Source: a phage
NCBI GenBank assembly: GCA_020241125.1
Contig: GCA_020241125.1_4708.1
Reading direction: 5' to 3' (one strand)
Length of the DNA: 64,000 nt
The notes under the pieces were generated by a model, which was given only the letters and a program-made list of their open reading frames with translations, was not told the origin of the DNA and did no database searches. A program made the translations under genes and the position numbers. This document shows positions 54,608 through 64,000 of the stretch, piece after piece. How positions within the stretch are numbered: the stretch's first letter is position 1; every line of letters starts with the position of its first letter.

Positions 54608-56254
54608 TTAGGCTCCACGAGGTCCCGTTAAGTTGCGTAATAGGAACGCAACCGTATCGTAACCAATATCGATGTTGAATTTATTTTTACCACTTACCCA
54701 GAAAGCTCGCTTCTTGTGCGAGTTGGTAATTTCGTCAATAGCTTCCATGGAATAAAGAACGTTAACCGAGACCGTATCACCATCAAAGTCCCCACCAAGT
54801 CCGGCGAGGTATGGCGCAGGGACAATAGTCGTTTCTACGAACGAAGCATTAGGTAACCAGTCGGGGTATTCCCATGCGATAAATCGTTCATCCGTTATTG
54901 GTTCCCAGTTACTATCCAGTTCGGTTTTCGGTTTTGCGGCGACGGTTGTACGTGCGTAACAGGTTAACGGGATAACGGATTGCATACCTGATACCGGATA
55001 ACGTGTTACCATCGCAGCCAGGTTATTCCAGTACTTATATCCGGCAATATAGATAAGCTCGGTGTAAGTAATGGGGTGAACATCCGCGCCAGGTTTATTC
55101 AACATCTCCGGGGGTAATTCACTCATGTCACGGAATAACCGAAACGAATCGTTGTTCACATAGACGAGGCAAAGATATCGTCCATTGACCATGATAGGCT
55201 CGTTACGCACGCCAGGATCGCTTAAGGTGTTCAGTAAACGTTCTATTCCGTCCCATGTTGTAAAGTCATCGATGGTGTCTGGATCAAGCGTGACGCGCTC
55301 ACGTTCCATCGTTTCGGTATCAATAAGTTCAACTTCTGTAACATCACGGACAAATATTTCCTGCAAAATACCTGTACGTAACGCATGTTGCGTTACTGGG
55401 AGAGCGGCTTTACTCATCTGGTATAACCCTAACTGAACCGCGGTACAGGAAGGCTGGTTAGGCGACCCTAATACCTCCGTTGTGGGGTTAATTGCCGAAA
55501 TAACGTTACGGGTTGAGTTCCAAACGCGACGTGAACCAAACTTACCTTGGAAGATCCCTTTCTTACCCTGGAACATATCCAACAGTAAAGCGTAGATATC
55601 GTTGAATGTTCTCTGTAAGCTCCAGCGCTGGCCGTCGTAAACGGGATCGGAATAATCTTTTAATCCATCAGGGACGGTGTTAGAAATTGCAAGGAAACGA
55701 CGATACAACTCCGTGATTTCTTGCTCGCTTTCATACCCACCTTCTTTTACTTCTATTTCACGTAAGCCTGCAGGCAATACCAGTAAGTGACGGGTCATCG
55801 CTTTGAACATGTTCTCTTCGACAACTTTAATTCGTAGCTCTCGTTGAGCTGAACCCGTTGAAACGAACTTGATATCCGCGACGTGTTGTGCAAAGAACCC
55901 GTATCCTGTTTGTCCTGTTAATGCATCAGACGCAACGAAGTCGCGTTGTTCGGGATCCCACCGAGCGTACGCCTTCCCCGACATGATATCGCCATAGAGG
56001 TGTTTTAATCGAATGAGACGGTCGTAAATGACAGGATGCAGGATTTCAACCTTGCATTCAATCACCGCAAATCGACGGTCTCGATCTTCACTACCCGCAC
56101 TACCAAAGATGGTGTAAGAATAGAAACCATCATCGTGGAAATTACCGGTGCTTGGGTCACGAATGCTCATGCTCGTGATCTTGGGGAGAAAACGTAACTG
56201 CTGTTTATCGAGGTGTAAAATACTAATATTAAACGGCTCTCTGACTTTAGCCAT
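54608..56254 (-). CDS. virion-type RNA polymerase beta-prime-like subunit, N-terminal fragment
   Basis: Track ORF 54608-56296; likely start at Met 15 with AAGAGGAG. Motifs LLVLPAGLREI (VLPPDLRP), ITELYRRF (DLNDLYRR), GGDFDGDTVSVNVLYSMEA (NADFDGDQMAVH). Confidence 0.7.
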   Translation of the reverse strand: MAKVREPFNISILHLDKQQLRFLPKITSMSIRDPSTGNFHDDGFYSYTIFGSAGSEDRDRRFAVIECKVEILHPVIYDRLIRLKHLYGDIMSGKAYARWDPEQRDFVASDALTGQTGYGFFAQHVADIKFVSTGSAQRELRIKVVEENMFKAMTRHLLVLPAGLREIEVKEGGYESEQEITELYRRFLAISNTVPDGLKDYSDPVYDGQRWSLQRTFNDIYALLLDMFQGKKGIFQGKFGSRRVWNSTRNVISAINPTTEVLGSPNQPSCTAVQLGLYQMSKAALPVTQHALRTGILQEIFVRDVTEVELIDTETMERERVTLDPDTIDDFTTWDGIERLLNTLSDPGVRNEPIMVNGRYLCLVYVNNDSFRLFRDMSELPPEMLNKPGADVHPITYTELIYIAGYKYWNNLAAMVTRYPVSGMQSVIPLTCYARTTVAAKPKTELDSNWEPITDERFIAWEYPDWLPNASFVETTIVPAPYLAGLGGDFDGDTVSVNVLYSMEAIDEITNSHKKRAFWVSGKNKFNIDIGYDTVAFLLRNLTGPRGA

Positions 56255-56499
56255 GGAGACACTCCTCTTTACCACCACCGGCTGCGGCGGTATCATCTGA
56301 ACACACGAGAGACGTAATGGGTGATGGCGTCACCCATCGCTTCCTTGCTTGAGGCGAGGAAGTTATTAGGTTACGTACCTGCCTGATTTTATCAGGTGGG
56401 CGATGTGTGAAGTTACGCTTCAACATTATCAATGCCGAAGGTAAACTTCGTGCATCACGTTCCAACGTAACATGGGAACGTATCGAACTGGAGGTATAC

Positions 56500-59400
56500 A
56501 TGGTAGATAAAACCCGTGTTGAGGGTGATGATAATTGGGACAACTGGGATGAAGACTTCTCCCTGGATCTCGATTTTAACGAACCCAAAGACGATCGTAA
56601 ACCGATAACACGCTTTGCGATAGGAGCGGTTAAAGGTGCTGCTGAGGATCTTACTTCCTACGAAAGAATGAAGGAGATCGCCAGAAACGCATTGCCTAAG
56701 GGCTACAGCGACGGTATGGATCTTATTGATTCCGCCGTCGGATCCACGAAGGAACTATACAATGAAGCCGTTCGTGACGTTCTTCCTAAGGTCCAAAGCT
56801 CAAAACGGTTAGCCGCACAACTGACCAAGAAATACCGTGCGAGCATGCCCGATTTCTCGAAGAAAATTCTTGAGCAATGGGAGCGAGAAGCCAAGGAAGA
56901 AGACGAACGTAAACAAGCTGAAGAAACCCTTCGTCAACGCATGGCGAGCGCGGGGGACGATGAGATCGCCCGCAAGGTTGCCGAGGCATTAGGCGAATCA
57001 GCAAACCAAAGCGCGGATCAGTTCGCTGAACAGCAAGCGAAAGAGAGTATCCGTGACGATATCGCTGACAAACGGTACGCTGTAACCAACAAACAAATGA
57101 GCGCGATGCAAGAAGGCGTCGCCAAGATGGTTGGTTTCAACAACGAATTCGCTGCACGCTACATGCGTAAAAGCCTGGAACTGAAATATCGTTCCTTAGC
57201 GATTCAACGTGCAAGTTTTGATCAGCATAAAAAGTTAGCCGAAGTCTATATCGGTTTATTACAAAACATCCAGAAGAATACGGCTTTACCTGATGCGGCT
57301 AAAGCAAAAATGTCGGAAGAATTCCGCCGTAGCGCGTACCAACGTTTCTTTGGTAATGCGTTAGATGCGATGAGTTCTTTCGAGAACCGTTTCTTTGCCG
57401 ATGTTAAGAAGAACCTTGCCACCAACGCATTAGGCGCTTTAAAAGGTGTCGTGTCCGGCGCAAACGATGCGTTATACGGTTTAAACGAAGCGCGTGACTC
57501 GATGTCCATGATGGACGGGATGGGGTCAGAAGGCGATATTAAGGAAATGCAAGGAAAGATGTTGGGTCAGTTCATTGGCTCAACTGTCGCGCCGTGGATG
57601 GCTAATAAAGGCAGGATGGCGTTACGCGATTTAGCAAAACGTCACCCCAATGCTAAATTCGCTAGCGCGTTAAAAGCCGTGGATCAAGGTGGTGAGGCTG
57701 CCGCTTACACGACGCGTAATCTCGGTAAACTGCTCCAGGAAGATATTCGTAAAAACGAATTCAATCTTAGCGATCCGTTTTACAAGCAATTGTTACGCGG
57801 TGCAGGGCGTTGGGCGTTCAACATGGACAGCGGACGTAACTTCCGCGTGATGAACGACACCGCTGAAACACTGGCGGAGCAAACATCTTTCGACGGTTTA
57901 ACTTACCGCAGTATCAATGAAGTTATTCCTGGTTTTCTTGCACGCATTCTGAAAAGCAGTGAAGGTATCCGCACCGGAAACAGCGATCCTGACTACGAGG
58001 TCTATGACGGCATCAGCGGACAATTCGTGTCTCAGCGCACGCGTGAACAAAGCGTCAATGACACGCTGTTTAACAAACGTACATTTGGTTATTACGCCAG
58101 CCGTTTCAACGAGGTTATCTCGGTCATCGATCCCGATAAGCAATTATCGGAAAAAGCCAGAAAGGCGCTGGCCAAGCAGTTGGCGCGAGATAGCGACGCG
58201 AACATCGCATTCGACCCGGCTCGTTTTACGGATGAAAGCAACTTCGATCGTAGTATTGACCGCGACGCTATTAAGGAACTTTCCACGTACTTTCGTGACC
58301 GTTACGGTATTCGTGATGATGTCAACGATAAGGGCGAACGTCATCAGGTCATTGGAAACCGCGGGCAATATTACACGGAACGTAACCGAGCCGATCTTCG
58401 TTACGGTCATCTGAAATCTTTACAACCGGATATCCAGCGTAACCTTAACCTGCTGAAACGTACTGGTGACGTCCAATATCTGGAACGGATTGGGATTGTA
58501 ACGAGAAATAGCGACGGAAGCTACTCGGTTAATCACGATCGGTATTTCTCTGAAATCGATCAATACATCGACCGACCGGAGTACGCTGACCGCGGCGATG
58601 TCAATACGCGATTAACCGCTCAGGAAACAAGAGCGCTGGCGCTGGGTTATCGTGACGCAAAACCATCAGCTGGTGACGTCCAAAATGTCGGCCTGCCGAA
58701 CATCGGTCGTAAGGCTGCTGGAACAGTAACCGTTGATGAAAACATCGGCTACGATAAATGGTGGAACGACACAGGTGTTATCACCACATCGCTTGAAGAA
58801 CAGAATCGAGCGTGGCAAGAGCTTTATCTCGAGGCGTTGTCCGAAGCATCCGAACAACGTGTTGAAATGCTTGCGCTGCTGAAAGCCATTTCTGAGAAAG
58901 ACTGGTCTAATAACGTTTCGCTGGATGGTGAAGATGTACCTGAAGGTACAGCACCCATTTCATTTATCGATCGTGCCAAACAAAAACTCGGCGGACGCAA
59001 CCTGTTTAAAGGCGGCCGCAATCTCCTCTGGAAAGGAATTAAAAATACCGCACGTTTAGGTGTTAAAGGCGCACGCTGGGGTGCAGAACGCACGTTGGGT
59101 AGTTTGGTAAATTCTGGCCGACGCATTATCAATTTCAACCGCTTCGTGTTCGGCGCATTATCCAAGGTTGATCAGGTTCCGTTTGACATTTACGTTAAAG
59201 GGGAATCCCAACCACGCATACTGGCTGCCAAACTTCGTCAGGGGTTATACTTCGACGAAGCGACAGGAAAAGCCGTAAAACGGATGAAGGATATCAAAGG
59301 CCCACTCGTTGATGCGGATGGAAACATCGTAATCAGCAACGAGGATATCGAGAAAGGGTTGGTCACTCGCGCTGGTCGTGCCTTTGAGAATTCAGGACTT

Positions 59401-62400
59401 AAAGCATGGGCACGTGAAGGTCTTAATGGAATAACGACGGCATTAAGTCTCCCACGGATGTTAAAACGCGGTGCGGTTGAGATCTACAAACAGCTTGACA
59501 AAACACCCGACGTTTACGTCAAGGGAGAATCAACGCCTCGTCTGTTGTCCATGGTGTTAGCAGCGGGTGGGTATTTCCGTCGCTCGGATGGACAAGTCAT
59601 CAAAAATCTTGAAGACATCGATGGTGATGTTGTTGATGCACAAGGTAACGTCGTACTTACGCTTGCCGACATGCAGAAAGGACTTGTCGATAAATACGGT
59701 AAAGCGATTCGTCGTTTAAAAGAAAAGCTCATCAACTTCGGTGTAAAAGCTTTTACGTTACCGTTAACGTTGCTACGTAAGACAAAGGACATCCTTAAAG
59801 CCCTTCCAGGTAAAACCGTTAACGGTCTACGGCGGATGGGATTAAATTTCCAATCACCCGACGCATTACTGGTGGGAACAACGTCGAGCATGGTAGATCG
59901 CCTCGATGCTATTTACCAGCTTCTTGACCAGCGTATGCCGGGAGGTGATAAGGATTACCGCGATTGGAATGGCGATGGTGTTCGAGAAGGATCGTTGGAA
60001 GACCTGAAACGTAAGCGTGAAGCCAAGGAAAACGGTAAGGATGACATCGGCAAAGATTCCAATAAAGGAGAAGAAAAGGAGAAGAAACGAGGGTTACTCG
60101 GAAGCCTTTTCGATATGCTCGGTGATACCGCAATAGGTAAACGTCTCATGGCGAGTCCGCTTGGAAAAATTCTGGGTGGTCTTGGGGCGGTGTTAAGCGG
60201 CGGTGCGTCGTTAACTGGGTTGTTGGGCAAAGGTCTCATTAGAGGAACCGGCGCGCTGGTCAAGGGAGGACTAAGTGCGGCAGGATGGTTAGGACGTGGT
60301 GCGTTAATGGCGGGTGGGGCCGCGTTGAACGCCGTTGGTGGGTTATCGGGATTAGGTGCATTCCTCATCTCACCTGTTGGGCTTGCTATCGCTGGCGGTG
60401 CGTTGGCTGCTTATGCTGGATGGAAGATCTATCAGCATTTCGCCGAGAAGCCTGACCCGATGCAGAAGCTCCGTCTTATTGCATACGGTGCAAAAGGGGA
60501 TGATAAAGACTTCAATAAGAAGCTGCTTGCGACAGAAACATACCTCACCGACCATGTGGTCATGACCGGGGATACCATCGGATTCGATCCGAAAGCCGAT
60601 TCTGAAAAGATTCTCGAAATCTGGGAATTGTCTCTGGAAGATTCCGACCGAATGAACGAATGGAAACGCTGGTATCTGCATCGTTTTATTCCTGTTTTCG
60701 CTCGTGCGTACAAACTCTGGAAAGAGCATATGCCGGACGAGAAGAAATACATGGAAATGGATAAATATCCGAACGGTGAGAACAAAGTGAAATGGTCGGA
60801 AGCGTTTATCTGGCCTTCCGATAGTCCTGATGGTCCGTATTACGTCGAAGCTAACCCGTTGGGTTCTTCTGGTGCGACGCGTTATATTGCTGGTCAAGAC
60901 GTCAAAACCTTGATGCTGAAACAGCTCGAAGCCATCAAGAAAGAGTACCAGAATCAGATTAAGCAATACACTCATGATGAGGCTATTGCTGATTGGTCAC
61001 GGATGTCTGACACACAACGTAAATCCGTTGCGCCTAACGCATTACGTGGTCAGAAAGCGTCATTACGTTTTAACGATAAACGTTACAACAGCGCTGGTGC
61101 TAAAGGACGACAGAAACTGGATGCAACCGCGGTTATTGAAAGCGTAGACCGTCGTGGTAGAAAATGGGTTGCCGGTGGATACATCGATGAACTCACCAGT
61201 CTCCGTGTTCGTGCGTACGGTATTAAGGTTCCGTTGTTAAGTCAGATAAAAGTGCTGATGGAACTCGAAGACGCTGTAGAACCTGGCGTTGTCGCTGAAG
61301 GTAAAGGTGTTAAATACGGTGGCGATCTTGTCGCGCTCTACAAGAAATTCGCGACGAAGTTCGGAAGAGACGTTAACAGCAAGCATGATCAGGATATCTG
61401 GTTTGCTTGGATGAACAACCGTTTCCTGCCCGTCTTTTTAACCTATTACCAACAAGTTAGCGACATGGGCGGTCAAGGACTTCTGTCCGACGTGGTACAG
61501 AACCTGAAAGACAGCCAACGTTGGGAAATCGGTGAAGAACTTGTCGCAGCGCAATACCGTGATGAGAAAGGTACACTGCAGCCCGTATGGTCGTGGAACA
61601 GTTGTGGTTTCTCCGGTACTGAAGCTAACACCACCAGCAGTTCAACAAAGAGTCAGCTCGATCTGTTAAAAGAATATGCGGATAAAGAGAAGGTTCGTGA
61701 GAAGAACGCGGAAGCATCGCAAGAGGATACCGATAAATTATCGAAGATCCAAGAGCTGATGATGAAGCAGGCTGGGTACGAGAAGAAAGACGGTGTCTGG
61801 CAGAAGAAATCTCGCATTACCGGCGGGATGAGTAACTCCGAAGCGAATTACAACCCCAATGGGAATAAGGTCGGTGCAAGCAGCTTTACTGCTTCAGCTA
61901 CTTCCAGTGCGGGATTGGGGTCAACCGGCGATCTTACCGGATTGCCTAACATGGGCTTACAGAAACCTGCAACGGGGCCAGGTCCCGAAGCTGGACGTCG
62001 TGCGCTTGTTAAATCCGCTGTGAAACGCGGTATTACCGATCCAATGGAAATGGCGATGTTCCTTGCAAACATCGAACATGAATCGGGGAACTACACTCAC
62101 GTACGTGAGGGGAACTATAAGACACCAGAGCGTCTTAAACAGGTCTTCCCTTACAAATTCCGTGACGTGCAGGATGCAGCGCAGACGATTAGCATGGGGC
62201 CGGAAGCGGTGTTCGAACGCGTGTACGGTAATCGTAAAGACTTAGGGAACACGCAGAAAGGAGACGGGGCGAAGTATTTAGGACGTGGCTTCATTCAGGT
62301 TACCGGTAAAGCTAACTACGCTCGTCTGTCCAAGACCTTGAATAAAGATCTTGTCAGCGATCCATCATACCTGGAAACGCCGGAAGGTGCGGCGGAAGGT

Positions 62401-63165
62401 AGTGTCGCGTGGTGGCTCAACCGAGGCAATGTGTTACGCGATCCTGCGAAACGGGGTGATGTGCGCCAAGTTCGTTATCTGGTTAACGGTGGCTATAATG
62501 GATTACGTGACGTTGAACAGCGCTCTGCTTATTGGATTCAGGCGGCTAAGAATGGCACCCTGAAGAAAATGATGGATGAGTTATCGGGATCAACATCAGG
62601 CGATCAAGCTGAAGGACCGACTACCGCCGAGCAGGTGAAGAATGAAGCAGCCCAAGAGGCAAACGGAACGCCAACTGTAAGCAACGATCCGCAAGCCCCA
62701 GCACCTTCAACCACCCCTGAAGCTAAACCGTCTGCGGCTGCCGGTACGGCTCCAGCACCCGGAGAAGCATCACCAGCGCCTGGAAGTTTCGAAACAGCGA
62801 AAGCTGCGGCAGGACAACCGACATCAACGCCAGCACTTAGCGATTTGCCGTCAAACCCTGGCGCAAATCGAGGGATATCGGTTCCGAATACGCCTGCACA
62901 GGTCGCGCAGTCTGCGACACAAACATCGGCCGCGAGTGAGAACTTCTACGGTAGCGCAGGTGAAATTCTCCGACAGCAGCTGACCACGCAGCAGAACATC
63001 GAGAAGAACACCGGTAGAACGAATGAACTTATTTCGGAATTAATCCAAGCCGTTAAGGGTTCTTCTATCGGTAAGGGTTCTGCAAGTCCTTCTCAACAAC
63101 AGGCGATGTCGCTACCTAATCGTCCGCAAGGAATCTCTCCAACACGGACAAGGTACGCGCAGTAG
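56500..63165 (+). CDS. giant virion protein with GH19 lysozyme-like domain
   Basis: Track ORF from 56407; likely ATG at 56500 after GGAGG. About 2220 aa: coiled-coil-like N-terminus, 108-codon tandem duplication, Gly-zipper hydrophobic segment, GH19-like block (NIEHESGN ... YLGRGFIQVTGKANY), P/A/T-rich C-terminus. Confidence 0.7.
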   Translation: MVDKTRVEGDDNWDNWDEDFSLDLDFNEPKDDRKPITRFAIGAVKGAAEDLTSYERMKEIARNALPKGYSDGMDLIDSAVGSTKELYNEAVRDVLPKVQSSKRLAAQLTKKYRASMPDFSKKILEQWEREAKEEDERKQAEETLRQRMASAGDDEIARKVAEALGESANQSADQFAEQQAKESIRDDIADKRYAVTNKQMSAMQEGVAKMVGFNNEFAARYMRKSLELKYRSLAIQRASFDQHKKLAEVYIGLLQNIQKNTALPDAAKAKMSEEFRRSAYQRFFGNALDAMSSFENRFFADVKKNLATNALGALKGVVSGANDALYGLNEARDSMSMMDGMGSEGDIKEMQGKMLGQFIGSTVAPWMANKGRMALRDLAKRHPNAKFASALKAVDQGGEAAAYTTRNLGKLLQEDIRKNEFNLSDPFYKQLLRGAGRWAFNMDSGRNFRVMNDTAETLAEQTSFDGLTYRSINEVIPGFLARILKSSEGIRTGNSDPDYEVYDGISGQFVSQRTREQSVNDTLFNKRTFGYYASRFNEVISVIDPDKQLSEKARKALAKQLARDSDANIAFDPARFTDESNFDRSIDRDAIKELSTYFRDRYGIRDDVNDKGERHQVIGNRGQYYTERNRADLRYGHLKSLQPDIQRNLNLLKRTGDVQYLERIGIVTRNSDGSYSVNHDRYFSEIDQYIDRPEYADRGDVNTRLTAQETRALALGYRDAKPSAGDVQNVGLPNIGRKAAGTVTVDENIGYDKWWNDTGVITTSLEEQNRAWQELYLEALSEASEQRVEMLALLKAISEKDWSNNVSLDGEDVPEGTAPISFIDRAKQKLGGRNLFKGGRNLLWKGIKNTARLGVKGARWGAERTLGSLVNSGRRIINFNRFVFGALSKVDQVPFDIYVKGESQPRILAAKLRQGLYFDEATGKAVKRMKDIKGPLVDADGNIVISNEDIEKGLVTRAGRAFENSGLKAWAREGLNGITTALSLPRMLKRGAVEIYKQLDKTPDVYVKGESTPRLLSMVLAAGGYFRRSDGQVIKNLEDIDGDVVDAQGNVVLTLADMQKGLVDKYGKAIRRLKEKLINFGVKAFTLPLTLLRKTKDILKALPGKTVNGLRRMGLNFQSPDALLVGTTSSMVDRLDAIYQLLDQRMPGGDKDYRDWNGDGVREGSLEDLKRKREAKENGKDDIGKDSNKGEEKEKKRGLLGSLFDMLGDTAIGKRLMASPLGKILGGLGAVLSGGASLTGLLGKGLIRGTGALVKGGLSAAGWLGRGALMAGGAALNAVGGLSGLGAFLISPVGLAIAGGALAAYAGWKIYQHFAEKPDPMQKLRLIAYGAKGDDKDFNKKLLATETYLTDHVVMTGDTIGFDPKADSEKILEIWELSLEDSDRMNEWKRWYLHRFIPVFARAYKLWKEHMPDEKKYMEMDKYPNGENKVKWSEAFIWPSDSPDGPYYVEANPLGSSGATRYIAGQDVKTLMLKQLEAIKKEYQNQIKQYTHDEAIADWSRMSDTQRKSVAPNALRGQKASLRFNDKRYNSAGAKGRQKLDATAVIESVDRRGRKWVAGGYIDELTSLRVRAYGIKVPLLSQIKVLMELEDAVEPGVVAEGKGVKYGGDLVALYKKFATKFGRDVNSKHDQDIWFAWMNNRFLPVFLTYYQQVSDMGGQGLLSDVVQNLKDSQRWEIGEELVAAQYRDEKGTLQPVWSWNSCGFSGTEANTTSSSTKSQLDLLKEYADKEKVREKNAEASQEDTDKLSKIQELMMKQAGYEKKDGVWQKKSRITGGMSNSEANYNPNGNKVGASSFTASATSSAGLGSTGDLTGLPNMGLQKPATGPGPEAGRRALVKSAVKRGITDPMEMAMFLANIEHESGNYTHVREGNYKTPERLKQVFPYKFRDVQDAAQTISMGPEAVFERVYGNRKDLGNTQKGDGAKYLGRGFIQVTGKANYARLSKTLNKDLVSDPSYLETPEGAAEGSVAWWLNRGNVLRDPAKRGDVRQVRYLVNGGYNGLRDVEQRSAYWIQAAKNGTLKKMMDELSGSTSGDQAEGPTTAEQVKNEAAQEANGTPTVSNDPQAPAPSTTPEAKPSAAAGTAPAPGEASPAPGSFETAKAAAGQPTSTPALSDLPSNPGANRGISVPNTPAQVAQSATQTSAASENFYGSAGEILRQQLTTQQNIEKNTGRTNELISELIQAVKGSSIGKGSASPSQQQAMSLPNRPQGISPTRTRYAQ
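59185..59832 (+). repeat. in-frame tandem duplication of a 108-codon module inside the giant protein gene
   Basis: DIYVKGESQPRILAAKLRQGLYFDEATGKAV...DADGNIVISNEDIEKGLV (from 59185) against DVYVKGESTPRLLSMVLAAGGYFRRSDGQVI...DAQGNVVLTLADMQKGLV (from 59509). Confidence 0.6.
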
Positions 63166-63176
63166 TCATTAGTTAA

Positions 63177-63196
63177 GGGCGGGAATCTCCCGCCCT
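63177..63196 (+). terminator. stem-loop terminator or attenuator
   Basis: GGGCGGGA / TCCCGCCC 8 bp stem with 3 nt loop followed by TCTTCTT, then the RBS of the next gene. Confidence 0.45.
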
Positions 63197-63214
63197 CTTC
63201 TTGAGGAATGTTAC

Positions 63215-64000
63215 ATGGGTATTCTTGTTCAAAACGCCCTAATCACCAAACAGGCGTTTTTATTACCGGGCGATAGCAGCACGCTTAGTGCTGACATGAT
63301 TAAAGCGAGACATACACCGTATTCCTACGATAACGTCGATGATACCACCTTAGGCGGGAACTGGGTGCTTAACCCACCACCGCAATATACCAAATTTGCC
63401 GACATCAAGGAACGCCGACGTGCGGTTATGCCTGGATCAACGGGCATGGGCCGAGGCTATAGTGAAAGCATTAACAGCTTTAAAGAGGTCGTTACGTTAC
63501 GATTCGGTAAACCTCGCTTTACAGGCGCAAGTATCTTCTTTACTGATTTCTACGATGCCGATGTTGCCGTAACGGTTAAAACCGGTCGCGATCCCGGTAT
63601 TCTTTATTACGCAGCCAAAGCGTATACCACCGTTCTTTCTTACCTCACACCTCTACCCTACTTGTATATGGTTGGACGTATCGGTCGATATTTCCTGGGT
63701 AAGCCTACCAGTCAATATTACTATCAAGTACCAACCATGCACGTGTATTGGGCGTCTTTCCAAACGCTGGTAAACCAAACAGCGATAAACATGGGTCTTA
63801 TCGCCGGTGCCGGTAAAGATAAAGGCTATGTGGAAGAAGGGGGTACCGTACTCCACCAATATTCAATCGGTGGTCAGAACGTTGAAGAATTCATCAACTA
63901 CGCCTCTAAGACGCTACCGGGGATTTATAAGAAAGGTGGTGGGATCGATATCTACCAGATCGCAACACGACGTCAGCGCATACAGAACGCATGGGTACGT
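63215..64000 (+). CDS. hypothetical protein, 3' end beyond window edge
   Basis: ATG at 63215 with GAGGA 6 nt upstream; frame open for 262 codons to window end (MGILVQNALITKQAFLLPGD...); not in track because no stop in window. Confidence 0.5.
   Translation, partial: MGILVQNALITKQAFLLPGDSSTLSADMIKARHTPYSYDNVDDTTLGGNWVLNPPPQYTKFADIKERRRAVMPGSTGMGRGYSESINSFKEVVTLRFGKPRFTGASIFFTDFYDADVAVTVKTGRDPGILYYAAKAYTTVLSYLTPLPYLYMVGRIGRYFLGKPTSQYYYQVPTMHVYWASFQTLVNQTAINMGLIAGAGKDKGYVEEGGTVLHQYSIGGQNVEEFINYASKTLPGIYKKGGGIDIYQIATRRQRIQNAWVR

Noticed and set aside
1-64000. CRISPR arrays, integrase or transposase genes, rRNA genes
   Set aside because: No regularly spaced direct repeats, no recombinase or transposase motifs and no rRNA-like sequence were seen; the window appears to be purely lytic-phage coding sequence.

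Overview
This 64 kb window looks like a dense late/early gene block from a jumbo, nucleus-forming myophage of the phiKZ type (Chimalliviridae-like). About 58 protein-coding genes are supported, roughly 50 on the minus strand, with short rightward islands. Calls rest on motifs read directly from the ORF translations: a tubulin/FtsZ-like PhuZ protein (23893-24873), two separate split multisubunit RNA polymerase gene sets (beta-prime fragment at 12104-13947; beta plus beta-prime fragments at 50258-56254), a terminase large subunit (32575-34806), and a giant ~2220 aa virion protein with a GH19 lysozyme-like domain (56500-63165). The most notable single observation is a ~350 nt ORF-less insertion that splits the beta-prime gene exactly inside the catalytic NADFDGD motif and has group I intron hallmarks. 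A 631 aa gene directly upstream of that beta-prime gene is a candidate nuclear-shell (chimallin) protein by size, synteny and promoter context only. The intergenic space shows three recurring elements: GC-rich hairpins (often with UUCG loops on the minus-strand RNA), a TATATTAC-type motif upstream of five minus-strand genes, and a TTTTATGCCG element just downstream of several hairpins. No tRNA, rRNA, CRISPR array, transposase or integrase was found. All functional calls are from by-eye motif reading without database searches; most ORFs remain hypothetical and several start codons are uncertain.
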